A DNA stretch of 30,899 bases from a virus (IMGVR_UViG_3300017761_004803:1-30899); one strand, 5' to 3'; positions 9,946 through 19,511 are shown, counted from the first letter of the stretch. Program-made: numbers and translations. The notes: generated by a model not told the origin, from the sequence alone.

Positions 9946-10279
9946 AGAACAACGCCCATGGGGTCAATTTGAAAATATATTAGACGCCCCATACTGTAAA
10001 GTAAAACAAATTACTATCCATCCAGGACAAGCTCCAAGTTATCAATATCATTATAAAAGGAGTGAAGTATATATTATAGTACAAGGAAAAGCTGCTATTA
10101 TATTGGATGACATTGAAAAAGAATATAATGTAGGAGATACTATTGTTGTACCTGTTCTCACTAAACATCGTGTTACAAACATAGGAAATGAAGATTTAAT
10201 ATTTATAGAAGTACAACACGGGGAGTATTTTGGAGAAGATGATATTGTCCGTATAAATGATAGTTATGGAAGAATATAA
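9935..10279 (+). CDS. Cupin, mannose-6-phosphate isomerase type II C-terminal domain-like
   Basis: RPWG, VKQI, SYQYHYKRSE, EVQHGEYFGEDDIVR..D.YGR. Confidence 0.88.
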   Translation: MNYKEQRPWGQFENILDAPYCKVKQITIHPGQAPSYQYHYKRSEVYIIVQGKAAIILDDIEKEYNVGDTIVVPVLTKHRVTNIGNEDLIFIEVQHGEYFGEDDIVRINDSYGRI

Positions 10280-11816
10280 GGTTTTAATCACAACAAGTGG
10301 ACTAGGAAGTCGACTAGGAGAATTAACTGATTATACTAATAAAAGTCTAGTAAGAATAGCTGACAAACCTGCTATTTCCTATATTATAGAATCATATCCT
10401 GATAATACTGAATTTGTAATAACATTAGGACATTTTGGGTCTCATATAAAACAATTTTTACAATTAGCCTATCCTAACCATAATTTTACTTTTATTGAAG
10501 TAGATAATTACAAAGGCCCTGGAAGTAGCTTAGGATACTCACTATTACAATGCAAACATGTTATTAACAGTCCTTTTATATTCCATGCTTCAGATACTAT
10601 TGTAAAAGACTTTAGTGTACCTAATTTAGATAAAAATTGGATAATAGGTTCTTATAAAGAAGATTCATCTCAATATCGAACTCTTAATTTAATTGGTGAT
10701 AAACTAATTAAAATAAATGAAAAAGGAGAATTAGGATTTAATTTTTCCTATATTGGATTAGCAGGTATAAAAGATTTTGAGTTGTTTTTCCATTACTTAG
10801 AACAATTAATTTCCATTAACCATTTAGATACTTCAGATGTCCATGTTATAAATAATATGTTACCTAAAATTAATTTTTATTATAAAGAAATTAATCATGG
10901 TAATTGGTTTGATATTGGGAATACTTCTGAGTTAATTAAAACTAGAAAGTCATTTAAAAGTAGTATTGAAGTATTAGATAAAAAAGATGAATCTATATTT
11001 TTCTTTAAAGATTTTGTAATTAAATTTTTTGCTAATTCTACTATTAATAAAAATAGAGTGATTAGAGCTGCTAATTTAAAAAATTTAGTACCAGATGTTA
11101 TAAGTTCAACTGAAAATTTCTATAAGTATAAAAAAGCAGAAGGTATATTATTCTCAAGATCTGTTAGAAAAAAAACATTTTTAGAATTTTTAAATTGGTC
11201 TAGTGAAAATTTATGGGTTTCCCAACCTGGTACTGATTTTAAAAAGAAATGTTTTGATTTTTATATAACCAAAACTAAAAAACGAGTAGCGGACTATCTT
11301 ATTCATTATCCTGAATCTAATTTTATTAATGATGAATATATACCTGATGTTTATGATTTAATAGAAAATATAGACGCAGATTGGTTATGTGATGGAATAC
11401 CAAATCAATTCCATGGAGATTTTATTTTGGATAATATTATTAAAACTCAAGATGGATTTTGTTTAATTGATTGGAGACAGGATTTTGCTGGGGATTTAAA
11501 AGTAGGAGACATGTATTATGATTTAGCTAAATTAAATCACAATTTAACTGTTAACCATGACTTAGTTAATAAAAACCTATTTGGATCTTCCCCAGATGCT
11601 TGTTATATTTTAACTAATAGTATATTAAATGAATGTAAAGAAACATTACATTCTTTTATTACAAATAAAGGATATGATTTAAAAAAAGTTAACACATTGA
11701 CATCCTTAATATGGATTAATATGGCTCCACTTCATGAGTATCCTTTTAACAACTTTTTATTCAATTTTGGAAAATATAATTTATATAAACAAATAAACAA
11801 ATCTAAAAATTTATGA
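10266..11816 (+). CDS. Fusion of sugar-phosphate nucleotidyltransferase (N-term) and APH/choline-kinase-like phosphotransferase (C-term)
   Basis: SGLGSRL...NKSLV and WFDIGN in the N-domain; FHGDFILDNI, LIDWR, YYDLAKL in the C-domain. Start 10266 (AGTTATG context) preferred over 10257. Confidence 0.85.
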   Translation: MEEYKVLITTSGLGSRLGELTDYTNKSLVRIADKPAISYIIESYPDNTEFVITLGHFGSHIKQFLQLAYPNHNFTFIEVDNYKGPGSSLGYSLLQCKHVINSPFIFHASDTIVKDFSVPNLDKNWIIGSYKEDSSQYRTLNLIGDKLIKINEKGELGFNFSYIGLAGIKDFELFFHYLEQLISINHLDTSDVHVINNMLPKINFYYKEINHGNWFDIGNTSELIKTRKSFKSSIEVLDKKDESIFFFKDFVIKFFANSTINKNRVIRAANLKNLVPDVISSTENFYKYKKAEGILFSRSVRKKTFLEFLNWSSENLWVSQPGTDFKKKCFDFYITKTKKRVADYLIHYPESNFINDEYIPDVYDLIENIDADWLCDGIPNQFHGDFILDNIIKTQDGFCLIDWRQDFAGDLKVGDMYYDLAKLNHNLTVNHDLVNKNLFGSSPDACYILTNSILNECKETLHSFITNKGYDLKKVNTLTSLIWINMAPLHEYPFNNFLFNFGKYNLYKQINKSKNL

Positions 11817-12352
11817 ACTTCACATTAGAAAAAGCAGTATCTCTTATTAACCCAGAACTTAACCATGTACTAGAATTTGGAGTTTGGGAAGGAAATACAA
11901 TCACGCAATTAAGAAATTCACTACCTGAAACATTTAAAGTATATGGGTTTGACTCATTTGAAGGCTTACCTGAGGATTGGATCGGAACACCTCTTAAAAA
12001 AGGATTTTTTAATAAAGATGGTGCAGTTCCAGTAATTGAAGGAGTTGAGTTTTTTAAAGGTTGGTTTAATGATACTATTCCTCAATATAAACAAATAGCT
12101 AAACCTATTGGGTTATTACATGTTGACTGTGATTTATATAGTTCAACTATTACAGTTTTATATGAATTACGAGATTATATTGTACCTGGCACTGTTATAG
12201 TATTTGATGAATGGTATTATAATCATACAGATATTGAAAGGTATAGACAACATGAACAGAAAGCATTTTATGAATGGGTAAATGATTTTAAAATTGAATA
12301 TGATTTACTTAATGAAATAGAATCTGAACGAAGAATAGTAGTAATCAAATGA
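11813..12352 (+). CDS. TylF/MycF/NovP-family sugar O-methyltransferase
   Basis: EFGVWEG, GFDSFEGLP, KGWF, LHVDCDLYSS, IVFDEW. Confidence 0.88.
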   Translation: MNFTLEKAVSLINPELNHVLEFGVWEGNTITQLRNSLPETFKVYGFDSFEGLPEDWIGTPLKKGFFNKDGAVPVIEGVEFFKGWFNDTIPQYKQIAKPIGLLHVDCDLYSSTITVLYELRDYIVPGTVIVFDEWYYNHTDIERYRQHEQKAFYEWVNDFKIEYDLLNEIESERRIVVIK

Positions 12353-13335
12353 GTGTAAAATACTTTATAGGACCAATGTCTAAAAATGTGGCAGATTCTA
12401 TTATAGAATTCTGTAATGAGACAAATAACATTATAGGATTAATCCCATCCCGCCGCCAAATAGAGTGGGATGGAGGTTATGTTAATAATTGGACAACTAA
12501 AGAGTTTACTGAGTATGTGAAATCCAAAACAGATAAAATACTACTAGTTAGAGACCATTCAGGACCTAGACAAGGACAATTTGAAGATGATGGATATGAA
12601 TCTTTGACAGAAGATTGTAAGTTTTTTGATATTATTCATATTGATCCTTGGAAAAAATACCCATCATTTAATTTAGGGTTAAAAGAAACAATTCGAATGA
12701 TTGAACATTGTTATGAATTAAATCCTAATTTACAATATGAGATTGGAACTGAAGAAGCAATTAGACGATTTGAACCATATGAGTTGGAAGAGTTAGTTAT
12801 TCAATTAAAGGATAAATTAGATCCAATTGTATTTAACAAAATTAAATATCTTGTAATACAATCTGGCACATCATTAAAAGGAACAAATCAAACAGGTAAT
12901 TATGATTCTTTTAGATTAAAAGAGATGATTGATGTATGTAAACATTATAATCTTATTTCTAAAGAACACAATGGTGACTATATCCCAGTATCAGTAATCA
13001 ATGAAAAATTTAAATTAGGATTAGATTGTATTAATATTGCTCCTGAATTTGGATTAATTGAAACCTTAACTTACTTAGATGAAATTGAAAAAAATTGGGA
13101 TTTTGGGACAATAGAAAACTTTTGGAAAATATGTTTTGAATCTAAAAAATGGGAAAAGTGGGTTAATGAGAGTTTTGATCCATACATTCAAAAACGAGAT
13201 TTAATTAAAATATGTGGGCATTATGTATTATCTAATCCTGAGTTTTTAAATAATATTAAATCTCACTTTCCTAATATTGATAATAAAATAAAATCTAATA
13301 TTAACAATAAATTAAAAGAATTATATGGATATTAG
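12349..13335 (+). CDS. GatZ/KbaZ-like TIM-barrel (tagatose-phosphate aldolase subunit / ketose-phosphate epimerase family)
   Basis: RRQIEWDGGY, RDHSGP, IHIDP, YEIGTEE, KEHNGDY and NIAPEF parallel GatZ motifs NQV..GGY, GDHLGP, IHLD, IGTE, EAHSTDY, KVGP. Confidence 0.72.
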   Translation: MSVKYFIGPMSKNVADSIIEFCNETNNIIGLIPSRRQIEWDGGYVNNWTTKEFTEYVKSKTDKILLVRDHSGPRQGQFEDDGYESLTEDCKFFDIIHIDPWKKYPSFNLGLKETIRMIEHCYELNPNLQYEIGTEEAIRRFEPYELEELVIQLKDKLDPIVFNKIKYLVIQSGTSLKGTNQTGNYDSFRLKEMIDVCKHYNLISKEHNGDYIPVSVINEKFKLGLDCINIAPEFGLIETLTYLDEIEKNWDFGTIENFWKICFESKKWEKWVNESFDPYIQKRDLIKICGHYVLSNPEFLNNIKSHFPNIDNKIKSNINNKLKELYGY

Positions 13336-13684
13336 GCCTAAAACAATTATATGTGATATTGATGGTACATTAGTAAAACATGTTCCTCCATGTATGTCTG
13401 CTAAACCTGAATATAAAATGGAACTTTTAGATGGAACAATTGAAAAATTACTTGAATGGGATAAAAAAGGATATTATATCATTTTAACAACAGGTAGAAA
13501 AGAAAGTTTAAGAGAAATAACTAAAACCCAACTCTCAGAAGTAGGTATATTTTATGATCAACTTATAATGGGAATTGGAGGAGGTCCTAGATATCTTATT
13601 AATGATAAAAAACCTGACGGTGCAGAAGCTGCATTTAGTATTTGTTTAGATAGGAATAATGGAATAAAAAAATTAAGTATATGA
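13325..13684 (+). CDS. Small capless HAD-superfamily phosphatase
   Basis: CDIDGTL motif I, LTTGR motif II, YDQLIMG, INDK. Confidence 0.85.
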   Translation: MDIRPKTIICDIDGTLVKHVPPCMSAKPEYKMELLDGTIEKLLEWDKKGYYIILTTGRKESLREITKTQLSEVGIFYDQLIMGIGGGPRYLINDKKPDGAEAAFSICLDRNNGIKKLSI

Positions 13685-14838
13685 TTTTACTATATAATGT
13701 TTATTTAGATAAAAAAACAATAACTGAAAATAATGATGCTAATTTATCTTATAGTAAAAATCAAGTTTTTTATAGGGGAAATTATTCTCAATATAATAAT
13801 ATAGATATTTTTAAGTATACTTTAGCTAGTGTTGTTAATATATATCCTTGGAGTAAGGTTATTATAAATGTAGTTCTTCATCCTGAATTAGAGTCTAAAA
13901 AAGAAGAATTATTTGATTATATCACTGATTTGTTCCAAGATTTTAATTTAATTTTAAATAATAGTAGATGTGAAAGACAAAATGATTGGAAAGAGTTATA
14001 TAATTCAATTGATGATGAATTAATTTTTTATTGTTGTAATCATGATCATGTTTTTATAGATTACACCCCTATATTTTTTCAAAGAACTATAGATGAATTT
14101 AAACATACTTTCCAAAACCAATTTGCCTCATTATATTTCAGTCATTGGCCTGAAGTTCAAAATTTATTTTTAAATTCAAATCCTCATAGTAATTTTGGAT
14201 ATAATTCTGATGGAAGTTATTATTTATTAGAAAATTTTGCGTACACTATGTCTGATTGTGCTGATAGTGTGCAAATAATTACTAAATCTACTTATTATAA
14301 GTGGTGGTTCACAGGAGAATTTAATAATAAATTTTTACCTAGACCTGATTTTTTTGGTGATTATATACCATCTACTTTTTTAAAAATCCAAGCTGTACCA
14401 TATAGAGAGTATTTTAAACATTTTGATGGGTACACTCACATATGTAAACATGATATAAATCTACAGGCTAAAGCAACTAATATTAGCTGTCCATTATATA
14501 TACCTCTAGGTTTTTTTGATAAAAACATTAGATTAAAAATAGGATATGATAATACAGATAAAAACTATGTTAATATAAATTTAAGTAAACCTAACTACAC
14601 AGTTATTGATGTTAATGGAACTGATTTGAAATGTTTTATTGATGAAATTCCTTACTTATGGAAAGATAAAATCACAGAAATAGATATTAACCCAGAATAT
14701 AATGAAAATGATTTTATATTATTAAGAAATAATTCTATTATAGATCCACTAACATGTGGGATATTTCATAATACTTTTAGTAATGAAGTTATCCTTAATA
14801 AAATAAAAGAAACTTATAATATTAAAAACTTGGCTTAA
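13681..14838 (+). CDS. Hypothetical protein, possible divergent GT-A glycosyltransferase
   Basis: 385 aa; FYCCNHDHVFID could be a DXD-like motif; cluster context. Confidence 0.5.
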   Translation: MILLYNVYLDKKTITENNDANLSYSKNQVFYRGNYSQYNNIDIFKYTLASVVNIYPWSKVIINVVLHPELESKKEELFDYITDLFQDFNLILNNSRCERQNDWKELYNSIDDELIFYCCNHDHVFIDYTPIFFQRTIDEFKHTFQNQFASLYFSHWPEVQNLFLNSNPHSNFGYNSDGSYYLLENFAYTMSDCADSVQIITKSTYYKWWFTGEFNNKFLPRPDFFGDYIPSTFLKIQAVPYREYFKHFDGYTHICKHDINLQAKATNISCPLYIPLGFFDKNIRLKIGYDNTDKNYVNINLSKPNYTVIDVNGTDLKCFIDEIPYLWKDKITEIDINPEYNENDFILLRNNSIIDPLTCGIFHNTFSNEVILNKIKETYNIKNLA

Positions 14839-14860
14839 CAAATAAATTTTATTATATTAT
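14829..14860 (+). promoter_or_regulatory. Degenerate promoter-like element TTGGC...TTTATTATATTAT
   Basis: CTTG-N20-TATATTAT, 4 nt upstream of ATG 14865. Confidence 0.5.
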
Positions 14861-14864
14861 TAAT

Positions 14865-15683
14865 ATGAGTAAAGAAAAATTAATTACAATTATTTTCCCT
14901 TCTAGAGGTAGGTATGATCTAGTTAAAAAATTATTATTATCAATAGAAGAAAAAACTTATAATAAAGATTGGATTGAAGTTATTTCTATATGTGATCATG
15001 ATGATAAACAAACATTAGATTTATTTCATGAGATGTCTTCTCAAATAACTTATGATTTTAAGTTTGTTAGTAGAAAACAAAAAGAAGAATTAGATTTACC
15101 TAATGATTATTATGATTTGGGATTAAAACTAGCTTCTAATTCTTATTTTACCTGGATATTAGGTAATGATTGTGAATTAGCTATACAAAACTGGGATGGG
15201 TATTTCTACTCTGGTATTACTGAGGTTATTCCTGAAATATTTTCAAATATAGGTGAAAATAAGTTATATTATTATTTTAGAATAAATGATGATACTCATT
15301 GGAATGGGAATGGAGAAGCTATAAATCCCTATAATGATTTAAGTTGTTGTTTCCCTATATTATCTTCTAACTATTGTAAAGATCTAGATGAGTTTTATCC
15401 TAAAGAAATACCTACTTGGGGTGGAGATACATGTTTATATGCTTTTATAACTAAATCAAATAAAAGTTGTATTGTTGATGTTGTGAATATGGTTGGTATT
15501 AAGCATTATAGTATGCATAATAAAAGAGCAGAACAAGATGAAATTTCTAAACGAGTTGAAAATAAACATTTAAAGCATAAAATGATAGATGAAAAGGGAG
15601 ATACATATGATTCTTGGTCTCATCCATTAAATTTCTTTGAAATGTTTAATAAAAGAAAAAAATTTTTAATAGTTGAAAAATAA
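14865..15683 (+). CDS. GT-A fold glycosyltransferase (GT2-like)
   Basis: IIFPSRGR, ICDHDD, LGNDC, CFPIL, WGGDT. Confidence 0.7.
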   Translation: MSKEKLITIIFPSRGRYDLVKKLLLSIEEKTYNKDWIEVISICDHDDKQTLDLFHEMSSQITYDFKFVSRKQKEELDLPNDYYDLGLKLASNSYFTWILGNDCELAIQNWDGYFYSGITEVIPEIFSNIGENKLYYYFRINDDTHWNGNGEAINPYNDLSCCFPILSSNYCKDLDEFYPKEIPTWGGDTCLYAFITKSNKSCIVDVVNMVGIKHYSMHNKRAEQDEISKRVENKHLKHKMIDEKGDTYDSWSHPLNFFEMFNKRKKFLIVEK

Positions 15684-15688
15684 ATAAT

Positions 15689-16282
15689 ATGAACAAAGAA
15701 CAATTAATTGATTTTGAAACTGACATAGCTGAGTGTTTTAACAATGCTATGATTAAGGCTCCTATTCATTTGTATTATGGAAATGAAGAACAAATGATAG
15801 ATATTTTTAAAAATGTACAACCTGAAGATTGGGTATTTTGTACTTGGAGATCTCATTATCAATGTTTACTTAAAGGTGTTCCACCCGAACAGATTAAACA
15901 AGATATCCTAAAAGGTAAATCCATTACTTTATGCTACCCAGAGTATAATATATATTCCTCAGCTATTGTAACAGGAAATGTACCTATTGCTACAGGAGTA
16001 GCTTTAGATATAAAACGTAAAGGAGGTTCTAATCATGTTTGGTGTTTTGTAGGAGATATGACCTCAGAAACAGGAACATTTTTTGAAAATTGGAAGTATG
16101 CTGTTAATCATGATTTACCTATTACTTATGTTATTGAAGATAATGGCAAATCAGTTTGTACAGAAACTAAACAAGTTTGGAATAATAATTTATATTTCGC
16201 TAATGAAACAAGAAAGATAATTTATTACCAATATGAAACTAAATATCCTCATGCTGGTGGGGGAAAACGAATTCAATTTTAA
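15689..16282 (+). CDS. TPP-dependent enzyme, short E1-alpha/transketolase PP-binding subunit
   Basis: APIHL..GNE, WRSHY, GDMTSETG...VIEDN TPP-binding motif, YPHAG. Confidence 0.85.
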   Translation: MNKEQLIDFETDIAECFNNAMIKAPIHLYYGNEEQMIDIFKNVQPEDWVFCTWRSHYQCLLKGVPPEQIKQDILKGKSITLCYPEYNIYSSAIVTGNVPIATGVALDIKRKGGSNHVWCFVGDMTSETGTFFENWKYAVNHDLPITYVIEDNGKSVCTETKQVWNNNLYFANETRKIIYYQYETKYPHAGGGKRIQF

Positions 16283-16285
16283 ACT

Positions 16286-16822
16286 ATGAAATATTTTGAT
16301 GAATTAAAAAGATCAATGGATTGGTTAGGTGAAAAACCTGATACATTGTTTTTAGGACAAGCTGTTGAGTACGCTGGAACAGGTATGACTAACACTATTA
16401 GAGATGTAAATAAAAATAAACTGTTAGAGATGCCTGTTAATGAAGATATGCAGATGGGGATATCTTTAGGAATGGCTTTAAATGGTACTGTTCCAATTTC
16501 TATTTATCCTAGATGGAATTTCTTACTTTTAGCAGCTAACCAAATTGTTAACCATTTAGATAAAATTAAAATTATGTCTGATGGTGGGTTTACCCCTAAA
16601 GTAATTATTCGAACAGGTATTGGATCCCAACGCCCCTTACACCCCCAACATCAGCATATAGGTGATTTTACAGCCGGGTTCAAAGCACTATGTGACACAG
16701 TTGATATTATTAAACTAGATGAGCCTAGTCAAATTTTTGAAGCATACCAATACGCTTATGAAAGAACAGATAACCGTTCAACAATATTAGTTGAATGGGG
16801 AGATTATTATAATGAAAAATAA
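16286..16822 (+). CDS. TPP-dependent enzyme, short E1-beta/transketolase pyrimidine-binding subunit
   Basis: FLGQ, EMPVNE.MQMG...GMAL.G, NQIVN, VIIR, PQHQH; lacks the C-terminal domain. Confidence 0.85.
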   Translation: MKYFDELKRSMDWLGEKPDTLFLGQAVEYAGTGMTNTIRDVNKNKLLEMPVNEDMQMGISLGMALNGTVPISIYPRWNFLLLAANQIVNHLDKIKIMSDGGFTPKVIIRTGIGSQRPLHPQHQHIGDFTAGFKALCDTVDIIKLDEPSQIFEAYQYAYERTDNRSTILVEWGDYYNEK

Positions 16823-16830
16823 ATATAGAT

Positions 16831-18006
16831 ATGAATAATTTTTATTTACCTTTAATGAGTGACAACATTGATAAAGAAGATGTTAAAGCACTAGTTGATT
16901 TTTTAAGTCAAGATCAAATCCCTAAACTAACAAACGGTCCTAAAGTAATTGAATTTGAAAATGCTTGGGGTAATTGGCTAGGAACTAAATATAACCTTAT
17001 GGTTAACTCAGGCGCATCAGCAAATGAATTAACTATGTTAGCCCTAAACTATATCTATGGAGATGGTGAGATTATAGTCCCACCTTTAACTTGGATATCA
17101 GATATATCATCTGTTATATTTAGTGGCTTTAAACCAGTATTTTGTGATATTAATTTAAAGAATTTTTCATTTGATATTAAAAAATTAAAACAAGCTATTA
17201 CACCTAATACTAAAGCTATATTTTTAACTCATGTGTTAGGTGTTAATGGATTAACAGATGAATTGCTTCAATTATGTAAAGAAAAAAACATTTTGTTAAT
17301 TGAAGATGTCTGTGAATCACATGGTACTACTTTTAAAGGTAAAAAAGTAGGTTCATATGGTTTTGCTTCTAATTTTAGTTTTTATTTTGCCCATCATATG
17401 TCTACTATTGAAGGCGGTATGATTTGTACTGATGATGAGTATTTTTATCAAGTATGTAGAGCATTACGTTCTCATGGTATGATGAGAGAAATGACAGATG
17501 ATAATTTAAAACAGCGAATTATTTCTGATAACCCTGATTTAAATAAAGATTTTATTTTTATCGCCCCAGCTCATAATTTTAGAAGTACTGAATTAAATGC
17601 TGTAATTGGATTATCTCAAATTAAAAAATTAGATTCAAATAACACTCATAGGATTAATAATTTTAATTACTTTATGAGTAAACTTGATTCTAATAAGTAT
17701 ATTACAGATATTGAAATGGAAGGTCAATGTAATTATGCTTTTATAGTAGTTTTAAAAGAAGAAAATTTTGAAACAAGAGATAAAATAGAAAATACTTTAA
17801 AAGAAAAAGGTATTGAATTTAGAAGAGGCCTATCAGGTGGTGGTAATCAATTACGTCAACCTTATTTTAAGAAAAACTATAATATTGATTATAATGATTT
17901 TAAAAATATAGATCATGTTCATCATTTTAGTTGGTATGTAGGTAATTATCCTACATTAGAAAGAGAAAAAATTGATACATTAATTAATGTACTTAATTCA
18001 ATATGA
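16831..18006 (+). CDS. PLP/PMP-dependent DegT-family enzyme, ColD-type NDP-4-keto-6-deoxyhexose 3-dehydratase
   Basis: NSGASAN, EDVCESHG, and SFYFAHHMSTIEGG with His188 where aminotransferases have Lys; no E1/RfbH-type Fe-S Cys cluster. Confidence 0.8.
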   Translation: MNNFYLPLMSDNIDKEDVKALVDFLSQDQIPKLTNGPKVIEFENAWGNWLGTKYNLMVNSGASANELTMLALNYIYGDGEIIVPPLTWISDISSVIFSGFKPVFCDINLKNFSFDIKKLKQAITPNTKAIFLTHVLGVNGLTDELLQLCKEKNILLIEDVCESHGTTFKGKKVGSYGFASNFSFYFAHHMSTIEGGMICTDDEYFYQVCRALRSHGMMREMTDDNLKQRIISDNPDLNKDFIFIAPAHNFRSTELNAVIGLSQIKKLDSNNTHRINNFNYFMSKLDSNKYITDIEMEGQCNYAFIVVLKEENFETRDKIENTLKEKGIEFRRGLSGGGNQLRQPYFKKNYNIDYNDFKNIDHVHHFSWYVGNYPTLEREKIDTLINVLNSI

Positions 18007-18485
18007 CTTTAACTGATGTAAAAATTTTAGAAACAGATTCTTTTAAAGATAATAGAGGAGAACTTTGGACTGTTTGGAATAATAATGAGTTTACTCCTAA
18101 ATTAAATTTTAACCATGATAAGGTAGCTGTCTCTAAAAAACATGTTTTAAGAGGTATCCATGGAGATAACAAATCATGGAAACTAATTACTTGCCTATCA
18201 GGTGAAATATTTTTAGTTGTTGTTGACCCTAAATCTCTAGAACATATCTCTATCACTTTATCCCAGAATAATAAACTATCTGTTTTAGTTCCTCCAGGAT
18301 TAGGTAATGGTCATTTAGTTATATCTGATGAAGCTGTATTTTTTTATAAATGGGCTTATGAAGGTGACTACCCTGATGTTGATAATCAATTTAGTTTAAA
18401 ATGGGATGATCCTAAATTAAATATAACTTGGCCTGTGTCTTCACCTATCTTATCATATAGAGATCAAAATGCTAAACTGTTATGA
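18003..18485 (+). CDS. rmlC: dTDP-4-dehydrorhamnose 3,5-epimerase family protein
   Basis: FKDNRG, VLRGIH, KLITC..G, VPPGLGNGH, YK, WDDP..NITWP, LS.RD. Confidence 0.88.
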   Translation: MTLTDVKILETDSFKDNRGELWTVWNNNEFTPKLNFNHDKVAVSKKHVLRGIHGDNKSWKLITCLSGEIFLVVVDPKSLEHISITLSQNNKLSVLVPPGLGNGHLVISDEAVFFYKWAYEGDYPDVDNQFSLKWDDPKLNITWPVSSPILSYRDQNAKLL

Positions 18486-18976
18486 ATTATATAGACCAAA
18501 TTAAATCCAATATTAAATCTATGTCTGATTTCCCTAAACCAGGAGTTGAATTTAAAGATATACAACCGCTTTTAGAAAATCATGATTTGTTTCCTCATAC
18601 TATATACAGTATGTCTAAACTAACTAAAATACCTGATTATTATGTTGGTATTGATTCTAGAGGCTTTTTATTTGCTTCATCATTAGCCTTATATAATAAA
18701 AAAGGTATTAAATTAATTAGAAAGAAAGGTAAATTACCTCCACCTGTAATATCTAAATCATATCAACTTGAATATGGAGAAGATATTATTGAAATAGCTC
18801 CTGGGAGTGGAAATGTAGTTATAGTAGATGATGTTTATGCTACAGGTGGTACTATGAGTGCCGCTGTTGAATTATGTAAAGAAGCTGGTTATAATGTAAT
18901 AGGCAAATTAGTATTAATAGATCTAAAGTTCCTACATGAACCTACAGATGTTAAAAGTTTAATCCAGTATGAGTAA
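18482..18976 (+). CDS. apt: Adenine phosphoribosyltransferase
   Basis: DFPKPGVEFKDI, SRGF, RKKGKLP, YQLEYG, VVIVDDVYATGGT PRPP-binding motif. Confidence 0.92.
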   Translation: MNYIDQIKSNIKSMSDFPKPGVEFKDIQPLLENHDLFPHTIYSMSKLTKIPDYYVGIDSRGFLFASSLALYNKKGIKLIRKKGKLPPPVISKSYQLEYGEDIIEIAPGSGNVVIVDDVYATGGTMSAAVELCKEAGYNVIGKLVLIDLKFLHEPTDVKSLIQYE

Positions 18977-19511
18977 AATTTATATAGTAGCATTACCTAT
19001 TGAGGTTGATAATGAAATTGAGATAAACGGGGATATTATTTGTTTTAGTGGAGTAGGAAAAATTAACGCCGCTATAACAGCTACTAGAGCTTGCCTCCTT
19101 AAACCAGATGAAATCATTAATCTTGGATCATGTGGTTCATTACTTTTATCACCTGGTGAAATTGTTGAAGTAGGTAAAGTATATCAAGATATAGATGGTA
19201 CTCCGTTATGTGATTATGGGATAACACCTTTTGAAGATGATAAAGAGATTATATTAAACAATTCTCCATTTACTTGTTTTACAACAGATTATTTTGTTGA
19301 TATGTCTCAAAAAGTTAAATACTCTAAATCTTATTTAGATATGGTTCAAACATCAAGTATATTTGATATGGAGTGTTTTGCTATAGCTAAAGTATGTTCT
19401 AAGTTTAATATACCTTTTAGGGCTATAAAATGGGTATCTGATAATGGAGATGGAGGAGATTGGCAAGCTAATTGTAAAATTAATTTTGAAAAAGTTAAAA
19501 ATATGTTATGA
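18969..19511 (+). CDS. mtnN: MTA/SAH nucleosidase (PNP_UDP_1 family)
   Basis: VALPIE, SGVGKINAA, INLGSCG, DME, KWVSDN. Confidence 0.82.
   Translation: MSKIYIVALPIEVDNEIEINGDIICFSGVGKINAAITATRACLLKPDEIINLGSCGSLLLSPGEIVEVGKVYQDIDGTPLCDYGITPFEDDKEIILNNSPFTCFTTDYFVDMSQKVKYSKSYLDMVQTSSIFDMECFAIAKVCSKFNIPFRAIKWVSDNGDGGDWQANCKINFEKVKNML

Noticed and set aside
15689-16822. Pyruvate dehydrogenase auxiliary metabolic genes
   Set aside because: Both subunits are much shorter than PDH E1 subunits, E2/E3 are absent from the window, and the context is nucleotide-sugar biosynthesis.
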